Shown here piece after piece: positions 1-14,585 of a DNA stretch of 64,000 nucleotides. A program made the translations under genes and the position numbers. Within the stretch, counting starts at the first letter, position 1. Each line of letters starts with the position of its first letter. A model generated the notes under the pieces. It had not been told where the DNA came from. It worked only from the letters and a program-made list of their open reading frames with translations, and did not search any database. Origin of the DNA: Eledone cirrhosa (Eukaryota); NCBI GenBank assembly GCA_964016885.1, contig CAXHJY010001688.1:62001-126000 (forward strand). Direction: 5' to 3'.

Positions 1-3000
1 TAAGAGAGATAGTTTAAGTAAGAGAGATAGTTTTAGTAAGAGGGGTAGTTTTAGTAAGAGAGATAGTTTAAGTAAGAGGGATAGTTTTAGTAAGAGAGAT
101 AGTTTAAGTAAGAGAGAAAGTTTTAGTAAGAGGGATAGTTTTAGTTAGAGAGATAGTTTAAGTAAGAGAGATAGTTTTAGTAAGAGGGGTAGTTTTAGTA
201 AGAGAGATAGTTTAAGTAAGAGAGATAGTTTAAGTAAGAGAGATAGTTTTAGTAAGAGGGATAGTTTTAGTAAGAGAGATAGTTTAAGTAAGAGAGATAG
301 TTTAAGTAAGAGAGATAGTTTAAGTAAGATACATAGTTTTAGTAAGAGAGATAGTTTAATTGAGAGAGAGAGTTTTAGTAAGGGAGATAATTTTAGTAAG
401 AGAGATAGTTTTAGTAAGAGAGATAGTTTAAGTAAGAGAGATAGTTTAAGTAAGAGAGATAGTTTTAGTAAGAGAGATAGTTTTAGTAAGAGAGATAGTC
501 TTAGTAAGAGAGATAGTTTTAGTAAGAGAGATAGTTTAAGCAAGAGAGATAGTTTAAGTAAGAGAGATAGTTTAAGTAAGAGAGATAGTTTTAGTAAGAG
601 AGATAGTTTAAGTAAGAGAGATAGTTTAAGTAAGAGAGATAGTTTTAGTAAGAGAGATAGTTTAAGTAAGAGAGATAGTTTTAGTAAGAGAGATAGTTTT
701 AGTAAGAGGGATAGTTTTAGTAAGAGAGATAGTTTAAGTAAAAGAGATAGTTTTAGTAAGAGGGATAGTTTTAGTAAGAGAGATAGTTTAAGTAAGAGAG
801 ATAGTTTAAGTAAGAGAGATAGTTTTAGTAAGAGGGATAGTTTTAGTAAGAGAGATAGTTTAAGTAAGAGAGATAGTTTAAGTAAGAGAGATAGTTTAAG
901 TAAGATACATAGTTTTAGTAAGAGAGATAGTTTAATTGAGAGAGAGAGTTTTAGTAAGGGAGATAATTTTAGTAAGAGAGATAGTTTTAGTAAGAGAGAT
1001 AGTTTTAGTAAGAGAGATAGCTTAAGTAAGAGAGATAGTTTTAGTAAGAGAGATAGTTTTAGTAAGAGATATAGTTTAAGTAAGAGAGATAGTTTAAGTA
1101 AGAGAGATAGTTTAAGTAAGAGAGATAGTTTTAGTAAGAGAGATAGTTTTAGTAAGAGAGTTAGTTTAAGTAAGAGAGACAGTTTAAGTAAAAGAGATAG
1201 TTTAAGTAAGAGAGATAGTTTAAGTAAGAGAGATAGTTTAAGTAAAAGAGATAGTTTTAGTAAGAGAGATAGTATTAGTAAGAGAGATAGTTTAAGTAAG
1301 GGAGATAATTTTAGTAAGGGAGATAGTTTTAGTAAGAGAGATAGTTTAAGTAACAGAGATAGTTTTAGTAAGAGAGATAGCTTAAGTAAGAGAGATAGTT
1401 TTAGTAAGAGAGATAGTTTTAGTAAGAGAGATAGTTTAAATAAGAGATATAGTTTAAGTAAGAGAGATAGTTTTAGTAATAGAGATAGTTTTAGTAAGAG
1501 AGATAGTTTAAATAAGGGAGATAGTTTATATAAGAGAGATAGTTTTAGTAAGAGAGATAGTTTAATTGAGAGAGATAGTTTTAGTAAGGGAGATAATTTT
1601 AGTAAGAGAGATAGTTTAAGTAAGAGAGTTAGTTTAAGTAAGAGAGATAGTTTTAGTAAGAGAGATAGTTTAAGTAAGAGAGATAGTTTTAGTAAGAGGG
1701 GTAGTTTTAGTAAGAGAGATAGTTTAAGTAAGAGGGATAGTTTTAGTAAGAGAGATAGTTTAAGTAAGAGAGATAGTTTTAGTAAGAGGGATAGTTTTAG
1801 TTAGAGAGATAGTTTAAGTAAGAGAGATAGTTTTAGTAAGAGGGGTAGTTTTAGTAAGAGAGATAGTTTAAGTAAGAGAGATAGTTTAAGTAAGAGAGAT
1901 AGTTTTAGTAAGAGGGATAGTTTTAGTAAGAGAGATAGTTTAAGTAAGAGAGATAGTTTAAGTAAGAGAGATAGTTTAAGTAAGATACATAGTTTTAGTA
2001 AGAGAGATAGTTTAATTGAGAGAGAGAGTTTTAGTAAGGGAGATAATTTTAGTAAGAGAGATGGTTTTAGTAAGAGAGATAGTTTAAGTAAGAGAGATAG
2101 TTTAAGTAAGAGAGATAGTTTTAGTAAGAGAGATAGTTTTAGTAAGAGAGATAGTCTTAGTAAGAGAGATAGTTTTAGTAAGAGAGATAGTTTAAGTAAG
2201 AGAGATAGTTTAAGTAAGAGAGATAGTTTAAGTAAGAGAGATAGTTTTAGTAAGAGAGATAGTTTAAGTATGAGAGATAGTTTAAGTAAGAGAGATAGTT
2301 TAAGTAAGAGAGATAGTTTTAGTAAGAGAGATAGTTTAAGTAACAGAGATAGTTTAAGTAGGAGAGATAGTTTAAGTAAGAGAGATAGTTTTAGTAAGAG
2401 AGATAGTTTTAGTAAGAGAGATAGTTTTAATAAGAGATATAGTTTAAGTAAGAGAGATAGTTTTAGTAATAGAGATAGTTTTAGTAAGAGAGATAGTATT
2501 AGTAAGAGAGATAGTTTAAATAAGGGAGATAGTTTATGTAAGAGAGATAGTTTTAGTAAGAGAGATAGTTTAATTGAGAGAGATAGTTTTAGTAAGGGAG
2601 ATAATTTTAGTAAGAGAGATAGTTTAAGTAAGAGAGTTAGTTTAAGTAAGAGAGATAGTTTAAGTAAGAGAGATAGTTTTAGTAAGAGAGATAGTTTTAG
2701 TAAGAGAGATAGTTTAAGTAAGAGAGATAGTTTTAGTAAGAGAGATAGTTTTAGTAAGAGAGATAGTTTAAGTAAGAGGGATAGTTTTAGTAAGAGAGAT
2801 AGTTTAAGTAAGAGAGATAATTTTAGTAAGAGGGATAGTTTTAGTAAGAGAGATAGTTTAAGTAAGAGAGATAGTTTTAGTAAGAGGGATAGTTTTAGTA
2901 AGAGAGATAGTTTAAGTAAGAGAGATAGTTTTAGTAAGAGGGATAGTTTTAGTAAGAGAGATAGTTTAAGTAAGAGAGATAGTTTAAGTAAGAGAGATAG

Positions 3001-6000
3001 TTTAAGTAAGATACATAGTTTTAGTAAGAGAGATAGTTTAATTGAGAGAGAGAGTTTTAGTAAGGGAGATAATTTTAGTAAGAGAGATAGTTTTAGTAAG
3101 AGAGATAGTTTAAGTAAGAGAGATAGTTTAAGTAAGAGATGTAGTTTTAGTAAGAGAGATAGTTTTAGTAAGAGAGATAGTTTTAGTAAGATAGATAGCT
3201 TAAGTAAGAGAGATAGTTTTAGTAAGAGAGATAGTTTTAGTAAGAGATATAGTTTAAGTAAGAGAGATAGTTTAAGTAAGAGAGATAGTTTAAGTAAGAG
3301 AGATAGTTTAAGTAAGAGAGCTAATTTTAGTAAGAGAGATAGTTTTAGTAAGAGAGATAGTTTAATTAAGAGAGATAGTTTAAGTAAGAGAGATAGTTTA
3401 AGTAAGAGAGATAGTTTTAGTAAGAGAGATGGTTTTAGTAAGAGAGATAGTTTAAGTCAGAGAGATAGTTTAAGTAAGAGAGATAGTTTTAGTAAGAGAG
3501 ATAGCTTAAGTAAGAGAGATAGTTTAAGTAAGAGCGATAGTTTTAGTAAGAGAGATAGTTTAAGTAAGAGAGATAGTTTAAGTAAGAGAGATAGTTTTAG
3601 TAAGAGAGATAGTTTAAGTAAGAGAGATAGTTTAAGTAAGAGAGATAGTTTAAGTAAGAGAGATAGTTTTAGTAAGAGGGGTAGTTTTAGTAAGAGAGAT
3701 AGTTTAAGTAAGAGAGATAGTTTAAGTAAGAGAGATAGTTTTAGTAAGAGGGATAGTTTTAGTAAGAGAGATAGTTTAAGTAAGAGAGATAGTTTAAGTA
3801 AGAGAGATAGTTTAAGTAAGATACATAGTTTTAGTAAGAGAGATAGTTTAATTGAGAGAGAGAGTTTTATTAAGGGAGATAATTTTAGTAAGAGAGATAG
3901 TTTTAGTAAGAGAGATAGTTTAAGTAAGATTGATAGTTTAAGTAAGAGAGATAGTTTTAGTAAGAGAGATAGTTTTAGTAAGAGAGATAGTCTTAGTAAG
4001 AGAGATAGCTTAATTAAGAGAGATAGTTTTAGTAAGAGAGATAGTTTTAGTAAGAGATATAGTTTAAGTAAGAGATAGTTTAAGTAAGAGAGATAGTTTA
4101 AGTAAGAGAGATAGTTTAAGTAAGAGAGATAGTTTAAGTAAGAGAGCTAATTTTAGTAAGAGAGATAGTTTTAGTAAGAGAGATAGTTTAAGTAAGAGAG
4201 ATAGTTTAAGTAAGAGAGATAGTTTAAGTAAGAGAGATAGTTTTAGTAAGAGAGATGGTTTTAGTAAGAGAGATAGTTTAAGTCAGAGAGATAGTTTTAG
4301 TAAGAGAGATAGTTTAAGTAAGAGAGATAGTTTAAGTAAGAGAGATAGTTTTAGTAAGAGAGATAGTTTAAGTAAGAGAGATAGTTTAAGTAAGAGAGAT
4401 AGTTTAAGTAAGAGAGATAGTTTAAGTAATAGAGTTAGTTTTAGCAAGAGAGATAGTTTTAGTAAGAGAGATAGTTTTAGTAAGAGAGATAGTATTAGTA
4501 AGAGAGATAGTTTAAGTAAGGGAGATAATTTTAGTAAGGGAGATAGTTTTAGTAAGAGAGATAGTTTAAGTAACAGAGATAGTTTAAGTAGGAGAGATAG
4601 TTTAAGTAAGAGAGATAGTTTAAGTAAGAGAGATAGTTTTAGTAAGAGGGATAGTTTTAGTAAGAGAGATAGTTTAAGTAAGAGAGATAGTTTAAGTAAG
4701 AGAGATAGTTTTAGTAAGAGGGATAGTTTTAGTAAGAGAGATAGTTTAAGTAAGAGAGATAGTTTAAGTAAGAGAGATAGTTTAAGTAAGAGAGATAGTT
4801 TAAGTAAGAGAGATAGTTTTAGTAAGAGGGATAGTTTTAGTAAGAGAGATAGTTTAAGTAAGAGAGATAGTTTAAGTAAGATACATAGTTTTAGTAAGAG
4901 AGATAGTTTAATTGAGAGAGAGAGTTTTAGTAAGGGAGATAATTTTAGTAAGAGAGATAGTTTTAGTAAGAGAGATAGTTTAAGTAAGAGAGATAGTTTA
5001 AGTAAGAGATATAGTTTTAGTAAGAGAGATAGTCTTAGTAAGAGAGATAGCTTAAGTAAGAGAGATAGTTTAAGTAAGAGAGATAGTTTAAGTAAGAGAG
5101 ATAGTTTAAGTAAGAGAGATAGTTTTAGTAAGAGAGATGGTTTTAGTAAGAGAGATAGTTTAAGTCAGAGAGATAGTTTAAGTAAGAGAGATAGTTTTAG
5201 TAAGAGAGATAGCTTAAGTAAGAGAGATAGTTTTAGTAAGAGAGATAGTTTAAGTAAGAGAGATAGTTTAAGTAAGAGAGATAGTTTAAGTAAGAGAGAT
5301 AGTTTTAGTAAGAGAGATAGTTTTAGTAAGAGAGATAGTTTTAGTAAGAGAGATAGTATTAGTAAGAGAGATAGTTTAAGTAAGGGAGATAATTTTAGTA
5401 AGGGAGATAGTTTTAGTAAGAGAGATAGTTTAAGTAACAGAGATAGTTTAAGTAGGAGAGATAGTTTAAGTAAGAGAGATAGTTTAAGTAAGAGAGATAG
5501 TTTTAGTAAGAGGGATAGTTTTAGTAAGAGAGATAGTTTAAGTAAGAGAGATAGTTTAAGTAAGAGAGATAGTTTTAGTAAGAGGGATAGTTTTAGTAAG
5601 AGAGATAGTTTAAGTAAGAGAGATAGTTTAAGTAAGAGAGATAGTTTAAGTAAGAGAGATAGTTTTAGTAAGAGGGATAGTTTTAGTAAGAGAGATAGTT
5701 TAAGTAAGAGAGATAGTTTAAGTAAGATACATAGTTTTAGTAAGAGAGATAGTTTAATTGAGAGAGAGAGTTTTAGTAAGGGAGATAATTTTAGTAAGAG
5801 AGATAGTTTTAGTAAGAGAGATAGTTTAAGTAAGAGAGATAGTTTAAGTAAGAGAGATAGTTTTAGTAAGAGAGATAGTTTAAGTAACAGAGATAGTTTA
5901 AGTAGGAGAGATAGTTTAAGTAAGAGAGATAGTTTAAGTAAAAGAGATAGTTTTAGTAAGAGAGATAGTATTAGTAAGAGAGATAGTTTAAGTAAGGGAG

Positions 6001-9000
6001 ATAATTTTAGTAAGGGAGATAGTTTTAGTAAGAGAGATAGTTTAAGTAACAGAGATAGTTTTAGTAAGAGAGATAGCTTAAGTAAGAGAGATAGTTTTAG
6101 TAAGAGAGATAGTTTTAGTAAGAGAGATAGTTTAAATAAGAGATATAGTTTAAGTAAGAGAGATAGTTTTAGTAATAGAGATAGTTTTAGTAAGAGAGAT
6201 AGTTTAAATAAGGGAGATAGTTTATATAAGAGAGATAGTTTTAGTAAGAGAGATAGTTTAATTGAGAGAGATAGTTTTAGTAAGGGAGATAATTTTAGTA
6301 AGAGAGATAGTTTAAGTAAGAGAGTTAGTTTAAGTAAGAGAGATAGTTTTAGTAAGAGAGATAGTTTAAGTAAGAGAGATAGTTTTAGTAAGAGGGGTAG
6401 TTTTAGTAAGAGAGATAGTTTAAGTAAGAGGGATAGTTTTAGTAAGAGAGATAGTTTAAGTAAGAGAGATAGTTTTAGTAAGAGGGATAGTTTTAGTTAG
6501 AGAGATAGTTTAAGTAAGAGAGATAGTTTTAGTAAGAGGGGTAGTTTTAGTAAGAGAGATAGTTTAAGTAAGAGAGATAGTTTAAGTAAGAGAGATAGTT
6601 TTAGTAAGAGGGATAGTTTTAGTAAGAGAGATAGTTTAAGTAAGAGAGATAGTTTAAGTAAGAGAGATAGTTTAAGTAAGATACATAGTTTTAGTAAGAG
6701 AGATAGTTTAATTGAGAGAGAGAGTTTTAGTAAGGGAGATAATTTTAGTAAGAGAGATGGTTTTAGTAAGAGAGATAGTTTAAGTAAGAGAGATAGTTTA
6801 AGTAAGAGAGATAGTTTTAGTAAGAGAGATAGTTTTAGTAAGAGAGATAGTCTTAGTAAGAGAGATAGTTTTAGTAAGAGAGATAGTTTAAGTAAGAGAG
6901 ATAGTTTAAGTAAGAGAGATAGTTTAAGTAAGAGAGATAGTTTTAGTAAGAGAGATAGTTTAAGTATGAGAGATAGTTTAAGTAAGAGAGATAGTTTAAG
7001 TAAGAGAGATAGTTTTAGTAAGAGAGATAGTTTAAGTAACAGAGATAGTTTAAGTAGGAGAGATAGTTTAAGTAAGAGAGATAGTTTTAGTAAGAGAGAT
7101 AGTTTTAGTAAGAGAGATAGTTTTAATAAGAGATATAGTTTAAGTAAGAGAGATAGTTTTAGTAATAGAGATAGTTTTAGTAAGAGAGATAGTATTAGTA
7201 AGAGAGATAGTTTAAATAAGGGAGATAGTTTATGTAAGAGAGATAGTTTTAGTAAGAGAGATAGTTTAATTGAGAGAGATAGTTTTAGTAAGGGAGATAA
7301 TTTTAGTAAGAGAGATAGTTTAAGTAAGAGAGTTAGTTTAAGTAAGAGAGATAGTTTAAGTAAGAGAGATAGTTTTAGTAAGAGAGATAGTTTTAGTAAG
7401 AGAGATAGTTTAAGTAAGAGAGATAGTTTTAGTAAGAGAGATAGTTTTAGTAAGAGAGATAGTTTAAGTAAGAGGGATAGTTTTAGTAAGAGAGATAGTT
7501 TAAGTAAGAGAGATAATTTTAGTAAGAGGGATAGTTTTAGTAAGAGAGATAGTTTAAGTAAGAGAGATAGTTTTAGTAAGAGGGATAGTTTTAGTAAGAG
7601 AGATAGTTTAAGTAAGAGAGATAGTTTTAGTAAGAGGGATAGTTTTAGTAAGAGAGATAGTTTAAGTAAGAGAGATAGTTTAAGTAAGAGAGATAGTTTA
7701 AGTAAGATACATAGTTTTAGTAAGAGAGATAGTTTAATTGAGAGAGAGAGTTTTAGTAAGGGAGATAATTTTAGTAAGAGAGATAGTTTTAGTAAGAGAG
7801 ATAGTTTAAGTAAGAGAGATAGTTTAAGTAAGAGATGTAGTTTTAGTAAGAGAGATAGTTTTAGTAAGAGAGATAGTTTTAGTAAGATAGATAGCTTAAG
7901 TAAGAGAGATAGTTTTAGTAAGAGAGATAGTTTTAGTAAGAGATATAGTTTAAGTAAGAGAGATAGTTTAAGTAAGAGAGATAGTTTAAGTAAGAGAGAT
8001 AGTTTAAGTAAGAGAGCTAATTTTAGTAAGAGAGATAGTTTTAGTAAGAGAGATAGTTTAATTAAGAGAGATAGTTTAAGTAAGAGAGATAGTTTAAGTA
8101 AGAGAGATAGTTTTAGTAAGAGAGATGGTTTTAGTAAGAGAGATAGTTTAAGTCAGAGAGATAGTTTAAGTAAGAGAGATAGTTTTAGTAAGAGAGATAG
8201 CTTAAGTAAGAGAGATAGTTTAAGTAAGAGCGATAGTTTTAGTAAGAGAGATAGTTTAAGTAAGAGAGATAGTTTAAGTAAGAGAGATAGTTTTAGTAAG
8301 AGAGATAGTTTAAGTAAGAGAGATAGTTTAAGTAAGAGAGATAGTTTAAGTAAGAGAGATAGTTTTAGTAAGAGGGGTAGTTTTAGTAAGAGAGATAGTT
8401 TAAGTAAGAGAGATAGTTTAAGTAAGAGAGATAGTTTTAGTAAGAGGGATAGTTTTAGTAAGAGAGATAGTTTAAGTAAGAGAGATAGTTTAAGTAAGAG
8501 AGATAGTTTAAGTAAGATACATAGTTTTAGTAAGAGAGATAGTTTAATTGAGAGAGAGAGTTTTATTAAGGGAGATAATTTTAGTAAGAGAGATAGTTTT
8601 AGTAAGAGAGATAGTTTAAGTAAGATTGATAGTTTAAGTAAGAGAGATAGTTTTAGTAAGAGAGATAGTTTTAGTAAGAGAGATAGTCTTAGTAAGAGAG
8701 ATAGCTTAATTAAGAGAGATAGTTTTAGTAAGAGAGATAGTTTTAGTAAGAGATATAGTTTAAGTAAGAGATAGTTTAAGTAAGAGAGATAGTTTAAGTA
8801 AGAGAGATAGTTTAAGTAAGAGAGATAGTTTAAGTAAGAGAGCTAATTTTAGTAAGAGAGATAGTTTTAGTAAGAGAGATAGTTTAAGTAAGAGAGATAG
8901 TTTAAGTAAGAGAGATAGTTTAAGTAAGAGAGATAGTTTTAGTAAGAGAGATGGTTTTAGTAAGAGAGATAGTTTAAGTCAGAGAGATAGTTTTAGTAAG

Positions 9001-12000
9001 AGAGATAGTTTAAGTAAGAGAGATAGTTTAAGTAAGAGAGATAGTTTTAGTAAGAGAGATAGTTTAAGTAAGAGAGATAGTTTAAGTAAGAGAGATAGTT
9101 TAAGTAAGAGAGATAGTTTAAGTAATAGAGTTAGTTTTAGCAAGAGAGATAGTTTTAGTAAGAGAGATAGTTTTAGTAAGAGAGATAGTATTAGTAAGAG
9201 AGATAGTTTAAGTAAGGGAGATAATTTTAGTAAGGGAGATAGTTTTAGTAAGAGAGATAGTTTAAGTAACAGAGATAGTTTAAGTAGGAGAGATAGTTTA
9301 AGTAAGAGAGATAGTTTAAGTAAGAGAGATAGTTTTAGTAAGAGGGATAGTTTTAGTAAGAGAGATAGTTTAAGTAAGAGAGATAGTTTAAGTAAGAGAG
9401 ATAGTTTTAGTAAGAGGGATAGTTTTAGTAAGAGAGATAGTTTAAGTAAGAGAGATAGTTTAAGTAAGAGAGATAGTTTAAGTAAGAGAGATAGTTTAAG
9501 TAAGAGAGATAGTTTTAGTAAGAGGGATAGTTTTAGTAAGAGAGATAGTTTAAGTAAGAGAGATAGTTTAAGTAAGATACATAGTTTTAGTAAGAGAGAT
9601 AGTTTAATTGAGAGAGAGAGTTTTAGTAAGGGAGATAATTTTAGTAAGAGAGATAGTTTTAGTAAGAGAGATAGTTTAAGTAAGAGAGATAGTTTAAGTA
9701 AGAGATATAGTTTTAGTAAGAGAGATAGTCTTAGTAAGAGAGATAGCTTAAGTAAGAGAGATAGTTTAAGTAAGAGAGATAGTTTAAGTAAGAGAGATAG
9801 TTTAAGTAAGAGAGATAGTTTTAGTAAGAGAGATGGTTTTAGTAAGAGAGATAGTTTAAGTCAGAGAGATAGTTTAAGTAAGAGAGATAGTTTTAGTAAG
9901 AGAGATAGCTTAAGTAAGAGAGATAGTTTAAGTAAGAGAGATAGTTTTAGTAAGAGAGATAGTTTAAGTAAGAGAGATAGTTTAAGTAAGAGAGATAGTT
10001 TTAGTAAGAGAGATAGTTTAAGTAAGAGAGATAGTTTAAGTAAGAGAGATAGTTTATGTAAGAGAGATAGTTTTAGTAAGAGAGATAGTTTAAGTAAGAG
10101 AGATAGTTTAAGTAAGAGAGATAGTTTAAGTAAGAGAGATAGTTTTAGTAAGAGAGATAGTTTTAGTAAGAGAGATAGTTTTAGTAAGAGAGATAGTATT
10201 AGTAAGAGAGATAGTTTAAGTAAGGGAGATAATTTTAGTAAGGGAGATAGTTTTAGTAAGAGAGATAGTTTAAGTAACAGAGATAGTTTAAGTAGGAGAG
10301 ATAGTTTAAGTAAGAGAGATAGTTTAAGTAAGAGAGATAGTTTTAGTAAGAGGGATAGTTTTAGTAAGAGAGATAGTTTAAGTAAGAGAGATAGTTTAAG
10401 TAAGAGAGATAGTTTTAGTAAGAGGGATAGTTTTAGTAAGAGAGATAGTTTAAGTAAGAGAGATAGTTTAAGTAAGAGAGATAGTTTAAGTAAGAGAGAT
10501 AGTTTTAGTAAGAGGGATAGTTTTAGTAAGAGAGATAGTTTAAGTAAGAGAGATAGTTTAAGTAAGATACATAGTTTTAGTAAGAGAGATAGTTTAATTG
10601 AGAGAGAGAGTTTTAGTAAGGGAGATAATTTTAGTAAGAGAGATAGTTTTAGTAAGAGAGATAGTTTAAGTAAGAGAGATAGTTTAAGTAAGAGAGATAG
10701 TTTATGTAAGAGAGATAGTTTTAGTAAGAGAGATAGTTTAAGTAAGAGAGATAGTTTAAGTAAGAGAGATAGTTTAAGTAAGAGAGATAGCTTTAGTAAG
10801 AGAGATAGTTTTAGTAAGAGAGATAGTTTTAGTAAGAGAGATAGTATTAGTAAGAGAGATAGTTTAAGTAAGGGAGATAATTTTAGTAAGGGAGACAGTT
10901 TTAGTAAGAGAGATAGTTTAAGTAACAGAGATAGTTTAAGTAGGAGAGATAGTTTAAGTAAGAGAGATAGTTTAAGTAAGAGAGATAGTTTTAGTAAGAG
11001 GGATAGTTTTAGTAAGAGAGATAGTTTAAGTAAGAGAGATAGTTTAAGTAAGAGAGATAGTTTTAGTAAGAGGGATAGTTTTAGTAAGAGAGATAGTTTA
11101 AGTAAGAGAGATAGTTTAAGTAAGAGAGATAGTTTAAGTAAGAGAGATAGTTTTAGTAAGAGGGATAGTTTTAGTAAGAGAGATAGTTTAAGTAAGAGAG
11201 ATAGTTTAAGTAAGATACATAGTTTTAGTAAGAGAGATAGTTTAATTGAGAGAGAGAGTTTTAGTAAGGGAGATAATTTTAGTAAGAGAGATAGTTTTAG
11301 TAAGAGAGATAGTTTAAGTAAGAGAGATAGTTTAAGTAAGAGATATAGTTTTAGTAAGAGAGATAGTCTTAGTAAGAGAGATAGCTTAAGTAAGAGAGAT
11401 AGTTTAAGTAAGAGAGATAGTTTAAGTAAGAGAGATAGTTTAAGTAAGAGAGATAGTTTTAGTAAGAGAGATGGTTTTAGTAAGAGAGATAGTTTAAGTC
11501 AGAGAGATAGTTTAAGTAAGAGAGATAGTTTTAGTAAGAGAGATAGCTTAAGTAAGAGAGATAGTTTAAGTAAGAGAGATAGTTTTAGTAAGAGAGATAG
11601 TTTAAGTAAGAGAGATAGTTTAAGTAAGAGAGATAGTTTTAGTAAGAGAGATAGTTTAAGTAAGAGAGATAGTTTAAGTAAGAGAGATAGTTTATGTAAG
11701 AGAGATAGTTTTAGTAAGAGAGATAGTTTAAGTAAGAGAGATAGTTTAAGTAAGAGAGATAGTTTAAGTAAGAGAGATAGTTTTAGTAAGAGAGATAGTT
11801 TTAGTAAGAGAGATAGTTTTAGTAAGAGAGATAGTATTAGTAAGAGAGATAGTTTAAGTAAGGGAGATCATTTTAGTAAGGGAGATAGTTTTAGTAAGAG
11901 AGATAGTTTAAGTAACAGAGATAGTTTAAGTAGGAGAGATAGTTTAAGTAAGAGAGATAGTTTTAGTAAGAGAGATAGTTTTAGTAAGAGAGATAGTTTA

Positions 12001-12394
12001 AATAAGAGATATAGTTTAAGTAAGAGAGATAGTTTTAGTAATAGAGATAGTTTTAGTAAGACAGATAGTTTAAGTAAGAGAGATAGTTTTAGTAAGAGAG
12101 ATAGTTTTAGTAAGAGAGATAGTTTAAGTAAGAGGGATAGTTTTAGTAAGAGAGATAGTTTAAGTAAGAGAGATAGTTTTAGTAAGAGGGATAGTTTTAG
12201 TAAGAGAGATAGTTTAAGTAAGAGAGATAGTTTAAGTAAGAGAGATAGTTTTAGTAAGAGAGATAGTTTAAGTAAGAGAGATAGTTTAAGTAAGAGAGAT
12301 AGTTTTAGTAAGAGGGATAGTTTTAGTAAGAGAGATAGTTTAAGTAAGAGAGATAGTTTAAGTAAGAGAGATAGTTTTAGTAAGAGAGATAGTT
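1..12394. repeat. 18-bp tandem satellite, consensus AGTAAGAGAGATAGTTT(A/T), about 690 monomers, open at the window start
   Basis: Directly visible, continuous 18-bp periodicity. Two main variants (TTTA/TTTT) plus recurrent point variants. 2-bp deletions near 4071 and 8767. Confidence 0.98.
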
Positions 12395-12766
12395 AGAGAT
12401 AAACTAACGTCATCTGAACAAACACAGTTTCTATAGCAACATCATAGTAACAGGCCAGAAATAGTGATATTTTGAATTAGCCCCAACATAATACATATTG
12501 TAGTAAACCATAGACGAATTGTTGTATCGTTAGATATATTTTAAGACTTAAATCTCCTGTATTCTAACAATAAGGAATCGATCGATTTGGTGATAATAGT
12601 ATAACATTTTCTTTTCTGTCAGTCTGTCACACAAACGCGACGTTCTGATAAAGACATTCTATGGTTTTCCTTTAAAACTCCCTAAACACAATTAAACGTG
12701 GTTTGCAAATCTTTTAAATCTTTAAAAATCTTTTGTACCTTGCCAACAATGTTCTCTCCCCCCCCC

Positions 12767-13511
<745 letters not shown>

Positions 13512-13689
13512 ATAGATATATATGGAGCAAGGTGACCTATAGTGTCTTGCTGATAGAACCTCCACAAACACACTAACACGTACATAAACATACACACTCG
13601 CAGACATGGACACTATTACCACACACATAACTACATACCCACACACACACACTAATACACGAACTTAAAACACACATACACACTATCAA

Positions 13690-13900
13690 CACCACATGCT
13701 TTTCTTTTTGGGCCCCACTCGGTCACGAATGACCAAGATTTTGCACCTAGAAAGTTTTCCTCTGAGGCACAAGCCTGGGCAAGGTTTGTTTTGTGGAAGA
13801 CCAGTAGTCAACCATGAATACCATCTTCCTCTCTCCACGCCACCGATGTCTGAGTGAAAGGCAATGGCCGATAAACTTGGCACCAGTGACGTCGCACCAT
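13690..13900 (-). mobile_element. Decayed interspersed repeat (SINE-like 3' portion)
   Basis: Resembles, from recall and not from a search, an abundant octopus repeat (GAGGCACAAG...GGAAGACCAG...CTCTCCACGCCACCGATG...TTGGCACCAGTGACGTCGCA). Confidence 0.45.
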
Positions 13901-14204
13901 TGGCATCTAAAATAATACAGTGGGTCCCTGCAATGCTACCGTGGGCCTCCTGTGGACAACTTACCATTGGGCATCCTGGACAGTCCGCCACTGTATGTAT
14001 ATATACATACAGAAATATCGATGATTCCTAGCAGACAACTGATGATGGATAATACACTCTTTCGCCCGTAACTTTTTTTATTTTCATTATACCTAAATGC
14101 AACCACACAGCCCACCATTTTATTCATATATATATATATGTGTGTGTGTGTGTGTATTTCTTTTTCTATGGGATGTAAAATAAAAACTGAAGAAGTTTAC
14201 ATGT

Positions 14205-14285
14205 ACCGCTTGACCAGGATTGAACCCAATACCAGGATCTTCATCGTCCCTAGTACCTACCGCTAATCCGCTAATCCAGTTCCCC
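14205..14285 (-). other. tRNA-derived head (A-box/B-box-like), not an intact tRNA
   Basis: Minus strand: TGGATTAGCGG (A-box-like, with a 9-bp duplication), an anticodon-like stem, and GGTTCAATCC (B box, 14217-14226). No acceptor stem. Confidence 0.55.
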
Positions 14286-14384
14286 AGTGAATTAACAACC
14301 CAACAAGGAACTGGGCATATCAGAGTATTGACAATATCATACACCTAAACAACATATGTACTTGTCTATACCATACTAATTCAA

Positions 14385-14439
14385 ACTGCCTGAAGAGGTC
14401 ACAGCCAAAGATGGCTGTCACTGAAATATATAAAGCAGT
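14385..14439 (+). ncRNA. Decayed type I hammerhead ribozyme
   Basis: Stem I ACTGC/GCAGT, core CTGAAGA, stem II ACAGCCA/TGGCTGT, then GAAA and TATATA. AA stands where UH is expected, so it is probably inactive. Confidence 0.65.
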
Positions 14440-14585
14440 AATAAACGAAGCTAAATTTTAATCATTTGACTTTTATTTAACTTTATTTTACACTACTCCG
14501 GAGTAACCAAACCAACCTGCGCACTTCGTCGAGTGCTCCAGCCTGCATACTGAGGTGTTGGTATACAACCAACATAAACTCAAAA

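Noticed and set aside
145-8774. 602-aa SKRDSL ORFs and the 132-aa LLKLSL ORF as genes
   Set aside because: Translations of the 18-bp satellite. The start codons are point variants, and stops and frameshifts occur in the array.
1-12394. CRISPR-like array
   Set aside because: No unique spacers and no cas genes; eukaryotic satellite.
13918-13993. TA-CAGTGG...CCACTG-TA mini-MITE
   Set aside because: Only 6 bp of inverted match; could be chance.
14205-14285. Functional tRNA gene
   Set aside because: No acceptor stem, duplicated D-arm segment, oversize anticodon loop.
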